Positions 10,713 through 20,785 of a stretch of 64,000 bases of DNA are shown here, one piece after another. A model generated the notes under the pieces. It was given only the letters and a program-made list of their open reading frames with translations. It did no database searches and was not told where the DNA came from. The position numbers and the translations under genes were made by a program. Position 1 is the first letter of the stretch, and every line of letters starts with the position of its first letter. Source of the DNA: Podarcis cretensis (lineage: Eukaryota); the NCBI GenBank assembly GCA_951804945.1, contig OX638155.1, forward strand, positions 5,394,001 through 5,458,000. The letters run 5' to 3'.

Positions 10713-11395
10713 ATAGTAATTTTTATTAAAGTTTCAATTTTACATTTTCAAATAAACATTTAAAATATCCCATGACTTCCCTTCTCCTTCCATGATTCAT
10801 TTTTCATATCCCTATTTTACTATAAGCATTCAAATAAGTTTTCCACTTTTACCTCCATCAAAAATTATTTTCTCTATTGTATTAATCATAGTGTGCCAGC
10901 ATTAACAGTCATTTTTCTTATATTCAGTAAATGTTTTCCACTCTTCTTTAATGTGTGTTCTTCTTGCTCTCTTATTCTCTGTGTTAAATCTGCACGTTCT
11001 GCACATCCTGTCAACTTAAGTTGCTGATCTTCTTTAGTTGGGACCTAGCACATTTTCCATTTTGGGGCTAAAAAAGCACAGACCACAATTGTTGCATACA
11101 TTAATAACCTTTTCTCACACCCAGGAATTTTAGTTTGGGTTTTTCCCAAGAAAAATGACACTGATGTGTGTATGTGTTTTTAAGTAGTTTTAAACATTTT
11201 TTTCAATTTTCAATTTCCCCATATACATGTCCCCATATACCTTTTTACATGTCCACCACATGTGAAAAAAGTTCCCTCCGTTTCTTTACACTTCCAACAT
11301 TTATCTGGTTCTGTTTTATAAATCTTAGCCAACCTACTCTGATTAAATAACAACTATTAATGATTTTCAAATAATTATCTTTCAGTTAATAGCCA
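10713..11395 (-). mobile_element. 5'-truncated L1-type LINE fragment (ORF2 C-terminus and 3' UTR)
   Basis: Minus strand reads CWKCKETEGTFFHMWWTC (L1 CCHC motif) and LMYATIVVCAFLAPKWK. Flanked by an imperfect duplication TTTCTCTCT(T)TAGTTTG (10696-10712 / 11396-11412). Absent from the homologous A1 flank. Confidence 0.8.
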
Positions 11396-12231
11396 TTTTT
11401 CTCTCTAGTTTGGTCCCCCTATATCTGTGATGTGCAAGCCTGAATTCAGCTGAGTGCAGGAAATCTGAATACGAATTTGAAATTCTTCCCATATTTTTCC
11501 TGTTCAGTTTCCCTGTGTTGTATTCTGATATTGTTCTTTCTGCACTTGCATAGAGGGATATAAACTTTCATATTTATAGTTTTGTGGTTTGATGTGCTAT
11601 AGAATAACTTCATAACCTCTTTAAACTCTCTGTATGGGAGGGGGGTGTCATGCAAAAGCTGAGATACAGGTTGCTTCCATATGACCTGTTTATTGATCAT
11701 TCATTCTTACTACTTAAAAGAAAGAAAGAAATAAAGTTTTAAAGGGGGAGGGGGGAGAAGTGAGGAAAAAAAGAACACAGCTGTGTATATAAATTGATAT
11801 AGTGTTATTATCCTAATACTTATGTAGATATTCATAGCCTGCTACATTCTCGGTGTGAAAACCATATGGCACTTGAATCAAGCAATAGTAACCCTACATT
11901 TTCCAAGGTGTTTTCCTGTCAATTTCTTTATTGCAAAATGTTTGATTGAGGTGGGAAGGAGGGAGATTGTTCCACAAGAGCACCATATGTGCTGTGCAAC
12001 CTGAATTCCCCGTATTAGATTGACTCCCATGCACAACAGTGTTCAAGAACTATAGAAAGTAATGCATTGTTTTGTGATATCTGCATTCATTCATATGGAA
12101 AAGAGGCATCTTCCTAGTAAAAAAACAGTTTTTATGAACAGAGAAACAGTGAATCTGAACCTTTCCTGTTCTGTATAAAGTGTTCTGCATTCAGTGTTAT
12201 TTACTGAATCTTAGTGGCTTTTCTTTGCTCA

Positions 12232-12248
12232 GCCACACGGTGGTAGTA
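12232..12248 (+). promoter_or_regulatory. CSE / CTCF-like promoter element of B2
   Basis: GCCACACGGTGGTAGTA, identical to the B1 element, 247 bp upstream of ATG. Confidence 0.65.
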
Positions 12249-12478
12249 CAGGCAAAGACATGAACTGGAATTCAGAATTTTGTGAAGGAACTCACAGGAA
12301 GCCATGAGCAAAAAGGTGGCTGGAACAAAGGACGGGTGACTTTCCTATGCGATAAAGAGATAACATAAAGCACAGCAAAGGCATCAACACGGCAGCATCA
12401 AATTCCTTTCTACAGCAGCAGAGATTATCACTGGATGACTGTCAGAAACTTCATCTTTTGGCCAGAGATTCTTGAGCC

Positions 12479-14935
12479 ATGGGAGACGGCTACAGAAAGG
12501 AACAAGGTCTGTATTTTTTGCTTTTCCTTTGTCTTCCTGGAGCACTGAGTATTTCACTTCACTATTCTGTGCCTGAAGAAAAGAAAAGGGGGTCTTTGGT
12601 GGCTAATGTGCTGGAGGATTTGAAACTGGGAACAGGGGAGCTCTCTGCTCGCAGAGCCCAGCTGGTTTCTAAGAACACTAAGCATTATTTTCATCTTGAT
12701 ACCAAGACTGGGAATTTGTTGATAAATGATAAAATAGACCGAGAAACATTATGTGGCCAGACTGATCCTTGCTTATTACAGTCTGAAATAGTGTTGCAAA
12801 ATCCCTTAAAAATCTACAGTATTGAAGTCAAGATAGAAGATGTGAATGATAATGTCCCCAAATTCCCTAAAAAGGCATTTGATCTGGAAATTCCTGAAAA
12901 TGTCTCTCCAAATACACATTTCCCATTGGAATCTGCCCGAGATGAGGACCTGGGGATAAATAACATTCAAAACTACACTCTAAGTCCCAGTGAACATTTC
13001 CGGCTTGATGTTAAAAGTGATGAGGATGGAAACAAGTATGTGGATCTTGTTCTGGAGAAGCCACTGGACAGGGAGAAGGACTCACACTTTGGTCTGACTC
13101 TCACAGCTGTGGATGGAGGGGAGCCACAGAGAACAGGCACAGTTCAAATAAATATTGATGTTCTTGACATCAATGACAATTCCCCACAGTTTACTCATTC
13201 AGAATATAAAGTAAGGTTAAAGGAAAACAGCCCACGGGGCACTCTGGTCTCCAAAGTGGGAGCCACAGATTTGGATTTTGGCTCAAATGCACAGATCACC
13301 TACTCATTCTACAGAGTGCCTGAAGAAATATATGATCTGTTCCACCTAAATGAAATCATGGGGGAAATCACCCTTTCTGGTCAGTTTGATTATGAAAAAG
13401 AAACCAGCTATGGCATGAACATCAGAGCAACAGATGGAGGGGGTCTTTCAGGTCACTGCAAGGTCCTGGTAGATGTCGAAGACGTGAATGACAATGTCCC
13501 TGAAGTGTCCATCATATCCATCACTAGTCCTTTGGCAGAGGATTCTCCCCTGGAGACACTGGTTGCTCTCTTCACTGTCACAGATCAAGACTCTGGAGAC
13601 AATGGCAGAACTCTTTGCTCTGTGGAAGTAAACCTTCCTTTTATGTTAAAACCCACTATGAATAACTATTACCAGCTTGTGGTCCAAAGTCCCTTGGACA
13701 GAGAGAAGGTCTCAGAGTATAATATCACCATCACAGCCGTAGACCAGGGCTCCCCCAGGCTCACTTCAACAAGAATAATTAATGTTCAGATCTCAGATGT
13801 CAATGACAACCCTCCAGTATTTGAAACGTCTTCATGTGAAATGCAGATACGGGAAAACAATATTCCAGGACTGCTCATTGGCTCAGTCCGTGCTGTGGAT
13901 CTGGACACCGAGAAGAATGCCAAGGTCACCTACTCCCTTTTGCCTGGGAAGGTCACTGATGGCCTTGTGGCCTCTTACATCTCGGTCAACTCCGAAAGCG
14001 GAAATCTGTATGCCCTCCGATCTCTGGATTACGAGCAGATCAAAGATTTCACAGTGACGGTGAGGGCTACAGATGGAGGGTCTCCTCCCCTCAGCTCAGA
14101 AGTTACTGTCCGAGTCGTAATCCTAGACGAAAACGACAACGCTCCCTTCTTCCTCTACCCTCTTCAGAACAGCACATCCCCCTGCAATGAGCTGGTGCCC
14201 AAGTCGGTGGAGGCCGGCTATCTGGTCACCAAGGTGGTGGCTGTGGATGGGGATTCTGGCCAGAACTCGTGGCTTTCCTATGAGCTGCTGAAGGCCACAG
14301 ACCCTGGTCTTTTCAGCATAGGAGCCCAGAATGGGGAAGTGAGAACCAGGAGAGCCCTGAGCGAGCGAGACACCAGCAAGCAGAGACTCCTGATAGTGGT
14401 CAGGGACAACGGGCTCCCTCCCCAGAGCAGCACTGCCATGCTCCATGTCCTTCCCGTGGGTGGCTTTTCGGATCCTTATATGAAGGCTGTGGAGGTCAGT
14501 AAAGAGGAGCACGAAGAAGATGGGAGCTTGACCTTGTACTTGGTGATCTGCCTGGCTGCCGTCTCCTTTGTGTTCCTTGTTTGCATTGTTTCCTTTGCTG
14601 CCATCAAGATCTGCAGGAGGGATCCCAGGGAAAGTTTTATCACTGCCCCTCCTCACTTCCCACCTGCCAGACCCGACATCCCAGAGAACTGTGGCGATTC
14701 TCAGAGCGGGTCTCTTTCCAGGAGTTACCACTACGATGTTTGCTTAACCGGTGGGTCCTTGAGCAGCGAGTTCAGATTCCTCAGGCCCCTCATTCCTGTA
14801 TTTTCTGTGGGGGACCCAAACCTCAATGTGAACCAGACCCCTCCTTCTGCTTCCCAAGATATTCCTAATCTGGTGGAAGAAAAAGAATCAGAGAAAAAGG
14901 TGAGGGATTGTGCCAGTGAGTTAACTTGTGATTAA
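12479..14935 (+). CDS. PCDHB: Protocadherin beta-type variable exon, class B copy 2 (B2)
   Basis: 818-aa ORF; signal peptide and EC1 identical to B1; donor AAG|GTGAGG at 14899/14900. Confidence 0.93.
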   Translation: MGDGYRKEQGLYFLLFLCLPGALSISLHYSVPEEKKRGSLVANVLEDLKLGTGELSARRAQLVSKNTKHYFHLDTKTGNLLINDKIDRETLCGQTDPCLLQSEIVLQNPLKIYSIEVKIEDVNDNVPKFPKKAFDLEIPENVSPNTHFPLESARDEDLGINNIQNYTLSPSEHFRLDVKSDEDGNKYVDLVLEKPLDREKDSHFGLTLTAVDGGEPQRTGTVQINIDVLDINDNSPQFTHSEYKVRLKENSPRGTLVSKVGATDLDFGSNAQITYSFYRVPEEIYDLFHLNEIMGEITLSGQFDYEKETSYGMNIRATDGGGLSGHCKVLVDVEDVNDNVPEVSIISITSPLAEDSPLETLVALFTVTDQDSGDNGRTLCSVEVNLPFMLKPTMNNYYQLVVQSPLDREKVSEYNITITAVDQGSPRLTSTRIINVQISDVNDNPPVFETSSCEMQIRENNIPGLLIGSVRAVDLDTEKNAKVTYSLLPGKVTDGLVASYISVNSESGNLYALRSLDYEQIKDFTVTVRATDGGSPPLSSEVTVRVVILDENDNAPFFLYPLQNSTSPCNELVPKSVEAGYLVTKVVAVDGDSGQNSWLSYELLKATDPGLFSIGAQNGEVRTRRALSERDTSKQRLLIVVRDNGLPPQSSTAMLHVLPVGGFSDPYMKAVEVSKEEHEEDGSLTLYLVICLAAVSFVFLVCIVSFAAIKICRRDPRESFITAPPHFPPARPDIPENCGDSQSGSLSRSYHYDVCLTGGSLSSEFRFLRPLIPVFSVGDPNLNVNQTPPSASQDIPNLVEEKESEKKVRDCASELTCD

Positions 14936-15493
14936 TAATGCCTTTTGCTTGGTTATTAATAACATCAGATGTTCTTCTGTTGCTCTTTGTTGATAAAATA
15001 TACAGTGACTAGAGAGATAAGGCTTCAGTTTTTAATTTTATTTCAAATCCATGTCAGAATTGTTTCCTTCTTACTCTACATCCTATTCTTCTTCTGTTCC
15101 TTTGTTACCTTATTGTTGAGTCTTCTCTGTATTAAACTTGGCTCAAAATGCTATGTACTAATCACAGTTGCTGCATATACAGCTGTGTGTACTAGAATAT
15201 ACCCCTAATGTGTCTAAGATAGCTTACATGCACACAGGGGCCCTTTATGAGACGGACTGACCGGTTATATAAATTGTTTATAGGGACTCTTGGTAGTTGC
15301 ACCCCATTTGCAGAGTGGCCTCCTAAGGGAGACTTGCCCAGAACCATCTTCATTGCCTTTTTGGTGCTGGATTAAGAGCTTTTTATTGACCCAGACTTTT
15401 AAAACAGTTTTCATTTCAAACAAACTAAATCTGGACTCTCATTGTGTTCTGTTTTGCCATTTGAACTCCTAATATGTTAAGGGTTAGGGTTAG

Positions 15494-15981
15494 GATGCCC
15501 CGTCCATCCGTCTGGATTTCCCAAGCCACTCTGGGCTGCTTACAGAATATTTTAAAACATAATAAAACATCAAACATTAAAAACCTCCCAAAACAGGGCT
15601 GCTTTCACATGTCTTCTAAAAGTTGTGTAGTTCTTTATCTCCTTGACATCTGAAGGGAGGGCATTACACAGGGTGGGTGCCACTGCCAAGAAGGCCCTCT
15701 GCCTGGTTCCCTGTAACTTCAGTTCTCGCAGTGAGGGAACCAGCAGAAGACCCTCAGGAGGACCTCTGTGTCTGAGCTGAGCAATGGGGGTGGAGACGCT
15801 CCTTCATGTATACTGGGCCAAGGCCATTTAAGGCCTTAAAGGTCAGCACCAACACTCTGAATTGTGCTCAGAAACACACTGGGAGCCAGTGAAGATCCTT
15901 TAGGACCAGAGTTATATGATTCCGGCGGCCAGCCCCTGTCAACCAATCTAGCTGCCGCATCCTGGATTAGTTGTAGTTTCC
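15494..15981 (-). mobile_element. L2-type LINE 3' fragment
   Basis: Squamate L2-like 3' sequence (CCAAGCCACTCTGGG...AAGGCCCTCTGCCTGGTTCCC...AAAGGTCAGCACCAACAC); related tails at ~49890-49975 and ~63030-63590. Confidence 0.65.
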
Positions 15982-16237
15982 AAGATATGATGTATAAATG
16001 GTAATGGGGTGGAGACTACATACTGTGAAGGTTGCAGCAGCCTGAAAAAATGTAAACATAATAATTCTGAGAGCAGGATTGAAGTTCCAATGCTTGTATT
16101 CAACTCCTTCATACTCAGAGTAGACCCATGGGAATCATTGATTTAAATGAGTGTACTCCAAGTATGACTTAGCTGCATATAAATCCTACAACCCATATAT
16201 GGTTCCCATTTTAAGGTTTTTCTGATCAGCAGCCAGC

Positions 16238-16580
16238 AGGTGTGCCAACTCTATAGGGCCAAGGTGTCTTCTGCCCCCTCAAAATCTGTTGACAGGGGGC
16301 TAGACCCCCTCAATGTTTAGGCGGCAGAGGAAGTTTAGTGTGGAGCCAAGCATGGCGTAAATTCCTTCTGAGTGTGAGAGAGGTGGAGCTGCCAGCTATT
16401 GAAGCCGCACCACACTGGGCTCCATGCTTTGACTCCTCCTGATGATGCAACGTTGTGCACGAGCTGCACATATGATGTCACACACGAACAATGTGCACCC
16501 GTTGCATGATATCACACGTGCTACATGTGTCATGTGCATGATGTCACACACACACATCATGCAGTGGTGCCCCTCAGTTT
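16238..16580. mobile_element. Degenerate non-autonomous DNA-transposon-like repeat
   Basis: Begins CAGGTGTGCCAACT, the same start as the element at ~62895; internal ATGATGTCAC/GCACA repeats. Confidence 0.4.
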
Positions 16581-16599
16581 TGGGTGCAAGAAGGAAGGT

Positions 16600-17420
16600 T
16601 GCGCAAGAGCAATGGCCAAGGACACAGGAACAAGAAGGGAGAAAAACAAAGAGGAGCAGGGGCAGTTTTAATCAGCAGAACGGTTTGAGTAAAGCATGGA
16701 TGGAGGGACGCTGGAAAATCGTGGTTTTATGCAACAGCAGACATTTCAATAAAGCAGGAATGGGGAAAAACTGAGAGGGGGAGAGTGGTGATTTTAAACA
16801 ATGGCAGAGGTTTGAGTAGCCTGAGCAGGCGTGACCCTGAAGGTGGGTGAAGTGGTGGTTTAAACCAGGGTTTGACTACAGTGAGAAGGGAGTTGGGATG
16901 GCTCTGTTGTGTTAGCTTTTTGCTGTTAGATTCTGTCTTGTCCCCTGCGTTGGTGGCTTCATAATGGGAGAGAAGGTGAAAAAGATGCACAGTAGCTGGA
17001 AGAAGATGTAGCAAGTTAGTAAGGGAGTGGTTTGTGTGAAGGGGGTGTTGCACAAAAGTAGGGGGGAGGCATGGATATGGGGATAAGATAAAAAGTGGAT
17101 TACAATGTTGGCTACAGATTGGGACTGCAGAAGAGGAGTGACCCCAGAAATGGAGTTGGAAGGTGAAAGGCAAGCTTAATCGTTGCATTGAGAAGGGGAA
17201 GCTCTTGGGGGTTAATGTTGGGGAAATGTAAGGGCATTGGCAAGCAGAATGAGCAAGGGGCACAGCCCCTGGTATATAACACAGGTGAAGGGAGTATACA
17301 TTCTGAAATATTGTAATCTTTGCCAGTTGGTTGTGCACAGGATTTTTTCAGGTGGGCAGGAGTAAGGAAAACACTTAAAGGAGGAAATAGGTAACATCTC
17401 ACAAAAATGGGAAGACATGG
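16600..17420 (-). mobile_element. Old LINE (L2-like) ORF2 fragment
   Basis: Purine-rich + strand; minus-strand ORF 16727-17338 resembles the L2 ORF2 linker region (HPNSLL...KPPLHPPS). Confidence 0.45.
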
Positions 17421-17590
17421 GGTCTGTACATTTTGTTTCCTATCTCAGGTTCTATAAGTTCTAAAAAGAAAGAAAGCTGGGAATATGGGGTTTATTTCCA
17501 CTGGGGTGGCTGTTCTCTTGCCTCTCCACATGTTTACCAGCTCTTATTCTGGAAAATCTTTTTGTTTTTTGCAACGCCATAACATAGTTC

Positions 17591-17611
17591 AAACACAAGG
17601 TGGTGGTATTG
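17591..17611 (+). promoter_or_regulatory. CSE / CTCF-like promoter element of A3
   Basis: AAACACAAGGTGGTGGTATTG, 230 bp upstream of ATG 17821. Confidence 0.6.
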
Positions 17612-17820
17612 CACAAGATAAAAGAAGGAAATTGGGGAGCAGACAAAGGAATCAGCACAGGAAAAACAGCAGATCCCTATTGCAAGCCAGTCTTCAGAAA
17701 TTCAGTAGGAATAAGCAGGACACAGTGTCACATTCAGAAGATAAAGACAGTTAAGAAGATACACGCCTTGGAATAGACAAGAGGACAATGCTTTGCATTT
17801 CAGGAGGAGAGGCTGGGAGA

Positions 17821-20316
17821 ATGGAAATGCACCTCAAGATCAGGCAAGTTTGGTCTTTTTTCCTGTATCTCTGTGCATGCATAGCAATGTGTGAGTCTTT
17901 CCGCTATTCAGTGGCAGAGGAAAAGAAAAGTGGGTCCCTGGTAGCGAATGTGCTGAAGGATTTGAGAATGGATGCAAAGGAGCTGTCTGCTCGGAGAGCC
18001 CGGCTGGTTTCTAAGAGCTCCAAGCAGTATTTCCAGCTGGATCCTCATTCTGGGGATGTGACAGTAAAGGATAAAATAGATCGGGAGTCCCTGTGTGGTC
18101 AGAATGAACCTTGTGTTCTACTGTCTGAAATTGTGCTGGAAAAGCCATTGCAGCTACACAGAATTGAAGTTCAGATAGAGGACGTGAATGATAATTCCCC
18201 CAAATTCTCCAAGAATCAATTTATTTTTGAAATAGCTGAGCAGACCCCTGTGGATATCAGATTTCCTTTGGAAAGAGCAGAAGATACAGACAAAGGAAAA
18301 AACACAGTTCAGAACTACACCCTTAGTCCTAATGAACATTTTAGGCTTGATGTGAAAAGTCACAGTGATGGTAGCAAACATGCGGAATTGGTGCTGGAGA
18401 AACCGTTGGACCGTGAGGAGAATCCACAGATTGCCCTGATTCTGTCAGCTATTGATGGAGGAATCCCCAAAAGAACTGGAACAGTGCAAATTATTATTGA
18501 TGTTCTGGATGCTAATGATAATTTGCCTCAGTTTCCACAATCTGAGTACAAAGTGAAGCTAATGGAAAATAGCCCATTGGATACACTGGTCACCAAAGTT
18601 GAAGCCACTGACAGGGATCTTGGTTCCTACGCACATATCACTTATTCATTCAGCCAAGTGCCAGAAAATGTTGTCAGATCATTCAAGTTAAACAAATATT
18701 CCGGGGAGCTTACTACTGCAGGAACAATTGATTATGAAGAAAACACAAATTATGAGATGAACATCAGAGCTACGGATGGAGGGGGACTTTCGGCTTACTG
18801 CAAAGTCATTGTAGAGATTGAGGATGAGAACGACAATGCTCCAGAGATTACCATCACTTCCATCACTAGTCCCTTACCTGAGGACTCTCCCCCAGACACA
18901 GTGGTGGCCCTTTTCAGTGTCACAGACATGGACTCCGGGGACAGTGGCAGAACTGCCTGCACCACTGAAGTCAACCTGCCATTTGTGCTCCAACCCACCG
19001 AGAACAACTATTACCAGCTGGTGACCCAACAGCCACTGGACAGAGAACAAGCCTCTGAGTATAACATTACTATCACAGCCACGGACAGAGGCTCTCCCAG
19101 ACTCACTTCCACAAGAATACTTCATGTTGAAGTGTCAGATGTCAATGACAACCCTCCAGTCTTTGAAAAGCCATTCTATGAAATGCAGTTAAGAGAAAAC
19201 AATATTCCTGGTCTTCTGATCAATTCAGTCCATGCTGTTGATCTGGACACAGCGCAGAATGCCAAAGTGACCTACTCACTTTTGCCTGGGAAAGTCAATG
19301 ATGGCCCCACATCCTCTTACATCTCCATCAACTCTGAAACGGGGAACCTGTATGCCATCCGGTCTCTAGATTATGAGGAAGTAAAAAATTTCCATGTGAC
19401 AGTGAGGGCTGTGGATTCAGGTTCCCCTCCACTGAGCTCAGAAGTTCCCATCCGCGTTCAGGTCGTGGATGAAAATGACAATGCCCCCTTCATCCTCTAC
19501 CCTCTCCAGAATGGCACTTCCCCCTCAAATGACCTGGTTCCCCGAGGGGCAGAGACTGGCTACCTGGTCACCAAGGTGGTGGCTGTGGACAGGGATTCTG
19601 CGCAGAACTCTTGGCTTTCCTACCAGCTGCTGAAGGCGACAGAACCGGGTCTGTTCACGGTGGGAGCCCAGAATGGAGAAGTGACCACCCTGAGGCCGGT
19701 CAGCAACCGAGACAGCTTCAAGCAGAATCTGATTGTAGTGGTCCGAGACAACGGCCATCCTCCCCAGTCCACCTCTGCCACGCTCAGAATTCTTCTAGTG
19801 GACGGCTTCTCTGACCCTTATCTGAAAAGTGTGGCTCTCCCAAAGGACGAAACAGTGGAGGAGGAAGACCCCAGCCTGACAATGTATCTGATCATCTGCC
19901 TGGCTGCCATCTCAAGCATCTTTCTCATTTCTGTTGTGGCGTTTGTTGTCATCAAGTTGCAGAAACGTGAAAAGTTCTTAGGAACCTACAACTCTGCAGC
20001 CAATTTCCCGGTGGGACCTGATTCCCAGGAGAACTCTGCGGATTCTGGTGCTGGATCTCTATCCCAGGCTTACAACTATGAGGTGTGCTTAGCTGGTGGG
20101 TCTCTGAACAGCGAGTTCCGGTTTCTCAGGCCCCTGTTTCCTGTTTTCTCTGTGGAGCCTCCTAACACTCAGCTGAATCCAAGGAGTTCCAATGATTCTG
20201 ATGGAGTCCCCAGTCATGCAGGTGAAAGTCAACATGGGGTTCAGGTGAGAATATACTTTTCTTCATTTTTAACATTGCAAGGTATGCATATGATTATTTC
20301 CCTCTCTGTACGATAG
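17821..20316 (+). CDS. PCDHB: Protocadherin beta-type variable exon, class A copy 3 (A3)
   Basis: ORF 17788-20316, likely start ATG 17821; six EC repeats, TM, beta motif; donor CAG|GTGAGA at 20244/20245. Confidence 0.93.
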   Translation: MEMHLKIRQVWSFFLYLCACIAMCESFRYSVAEEKKSGSLVANVLKDLRMDAKELSARRARLVSKSSKQYFQLDPHSGDVTVKDKIDRESLCGQNEPCVLLSEIVLEKPLQLHRIEVQIEDVNDNSPKFSKNQFIFEIAEQTPVDIRFPLERAEDTDKGKNTVQNYTLSPNEHFRLDVKSHSDGSKHAELVLEKPLDREENPQIALILSAIDGGIPKRTGTVQIIIDVLDANDNLPQFPQSEYKVKLMENSPLDTLVTKVEATDRDLGSYAHITYSFSQVPENVVRSFKLNKYSGELTTAGTIDYEENTNYEMNIRATDGGGLSAYCKVIVEIEDENDNAPEITITSITSPLPEDSPPDTVVALFSVTDMDSGDSGRTACTTEVNLPFVLQPTENNYYQLVTQQPLDREQASEYNITITATDRGSPRLTSTRILHVEVSDVNDNPPVFEKPFYEMQLRENNIPGLLINSVHAVDLDTAQNAKVTYSLLPGKVNDGPTSSYISINSETGNLYAIRSLDYEEVKNFHVTVRAVDSGSPPLSSEVPIRVQVVDENDNAPFILYPLQNGTSPSNDLVPRGAETGYLVTKVVAVDRDSAQNSWLSYQLLKATEPGLFTVGAQNGEVTTLRPVSNRDSFKQNLIVVVRDNGHPPQSTSATLRILLVDGFSDPYLKSVALPKDETVEEEDPSLTMYLIICLAAISSIFLISVVAFVVIKLQKREKFLGTYNSAANFPVGPDSQENSADSGAGSLSQAYNYEVCLAGGSLNSEFRFLRPLFPVFSVEPPNTQLNPRSSNDSDGVPSHAGESQHGVQVRIYFSSFLTLQGMHMIISLSVR

Positions 20317-20554
20317 TCTAGTTATTACAGAGGCATTTAAGCATGAGCGCAATGGATTGCAAACGGGGGGAATGTTGTTCTCCTTTTTTTTCATTCATCC
20401 ATTGATATTGGAAATTCTTAATGATCTTATGTATATATTAGCTGCTGACATTTAAACCAACTAACAGATTATTAGGAGAAAAATTGAGATTTCCACACAA
20501 GTGTATCACTTGTTTAAGTGCATAATTCGGAAATATTGGTTTTATTTTTATTTA

Positions 20555-20570
20555 GCCACAAGGTGGCAGA
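20555..20570 (+). promoter_or_regulatory. CSE / CTCF site of B3
   Basis: GCCACAAGGTGGCAGA, a near-consensus CTCF core, 231 bp upstream of ATG. Confidence 0.75.
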
Positions 20571-20785
20571 ATTGGCCAACATATTGTATTGTTGCCTTTG
20601 TTGAAACCTTCAAGAGGCAGTTTAATAATGATACGGGAGGTAGATGCTGGTGTGAAGATATGAGGCTCAGGAGAATGAAAAACAATAAAAATCGCAGCAC
20701 AAAGTTTATTTATCAAGCTGCAAAGATGGTCAGAGGATGAAAGAAGCTTGGCCAGTGCTTTAACACTCTGGAAGAGGGGGAAACC

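Noticed and set aside
15476-15493. Short TTAGGG runs (also near 48612)
   Set aside because: Only 2-3 units, too short to call interstitial telomeric sequence.
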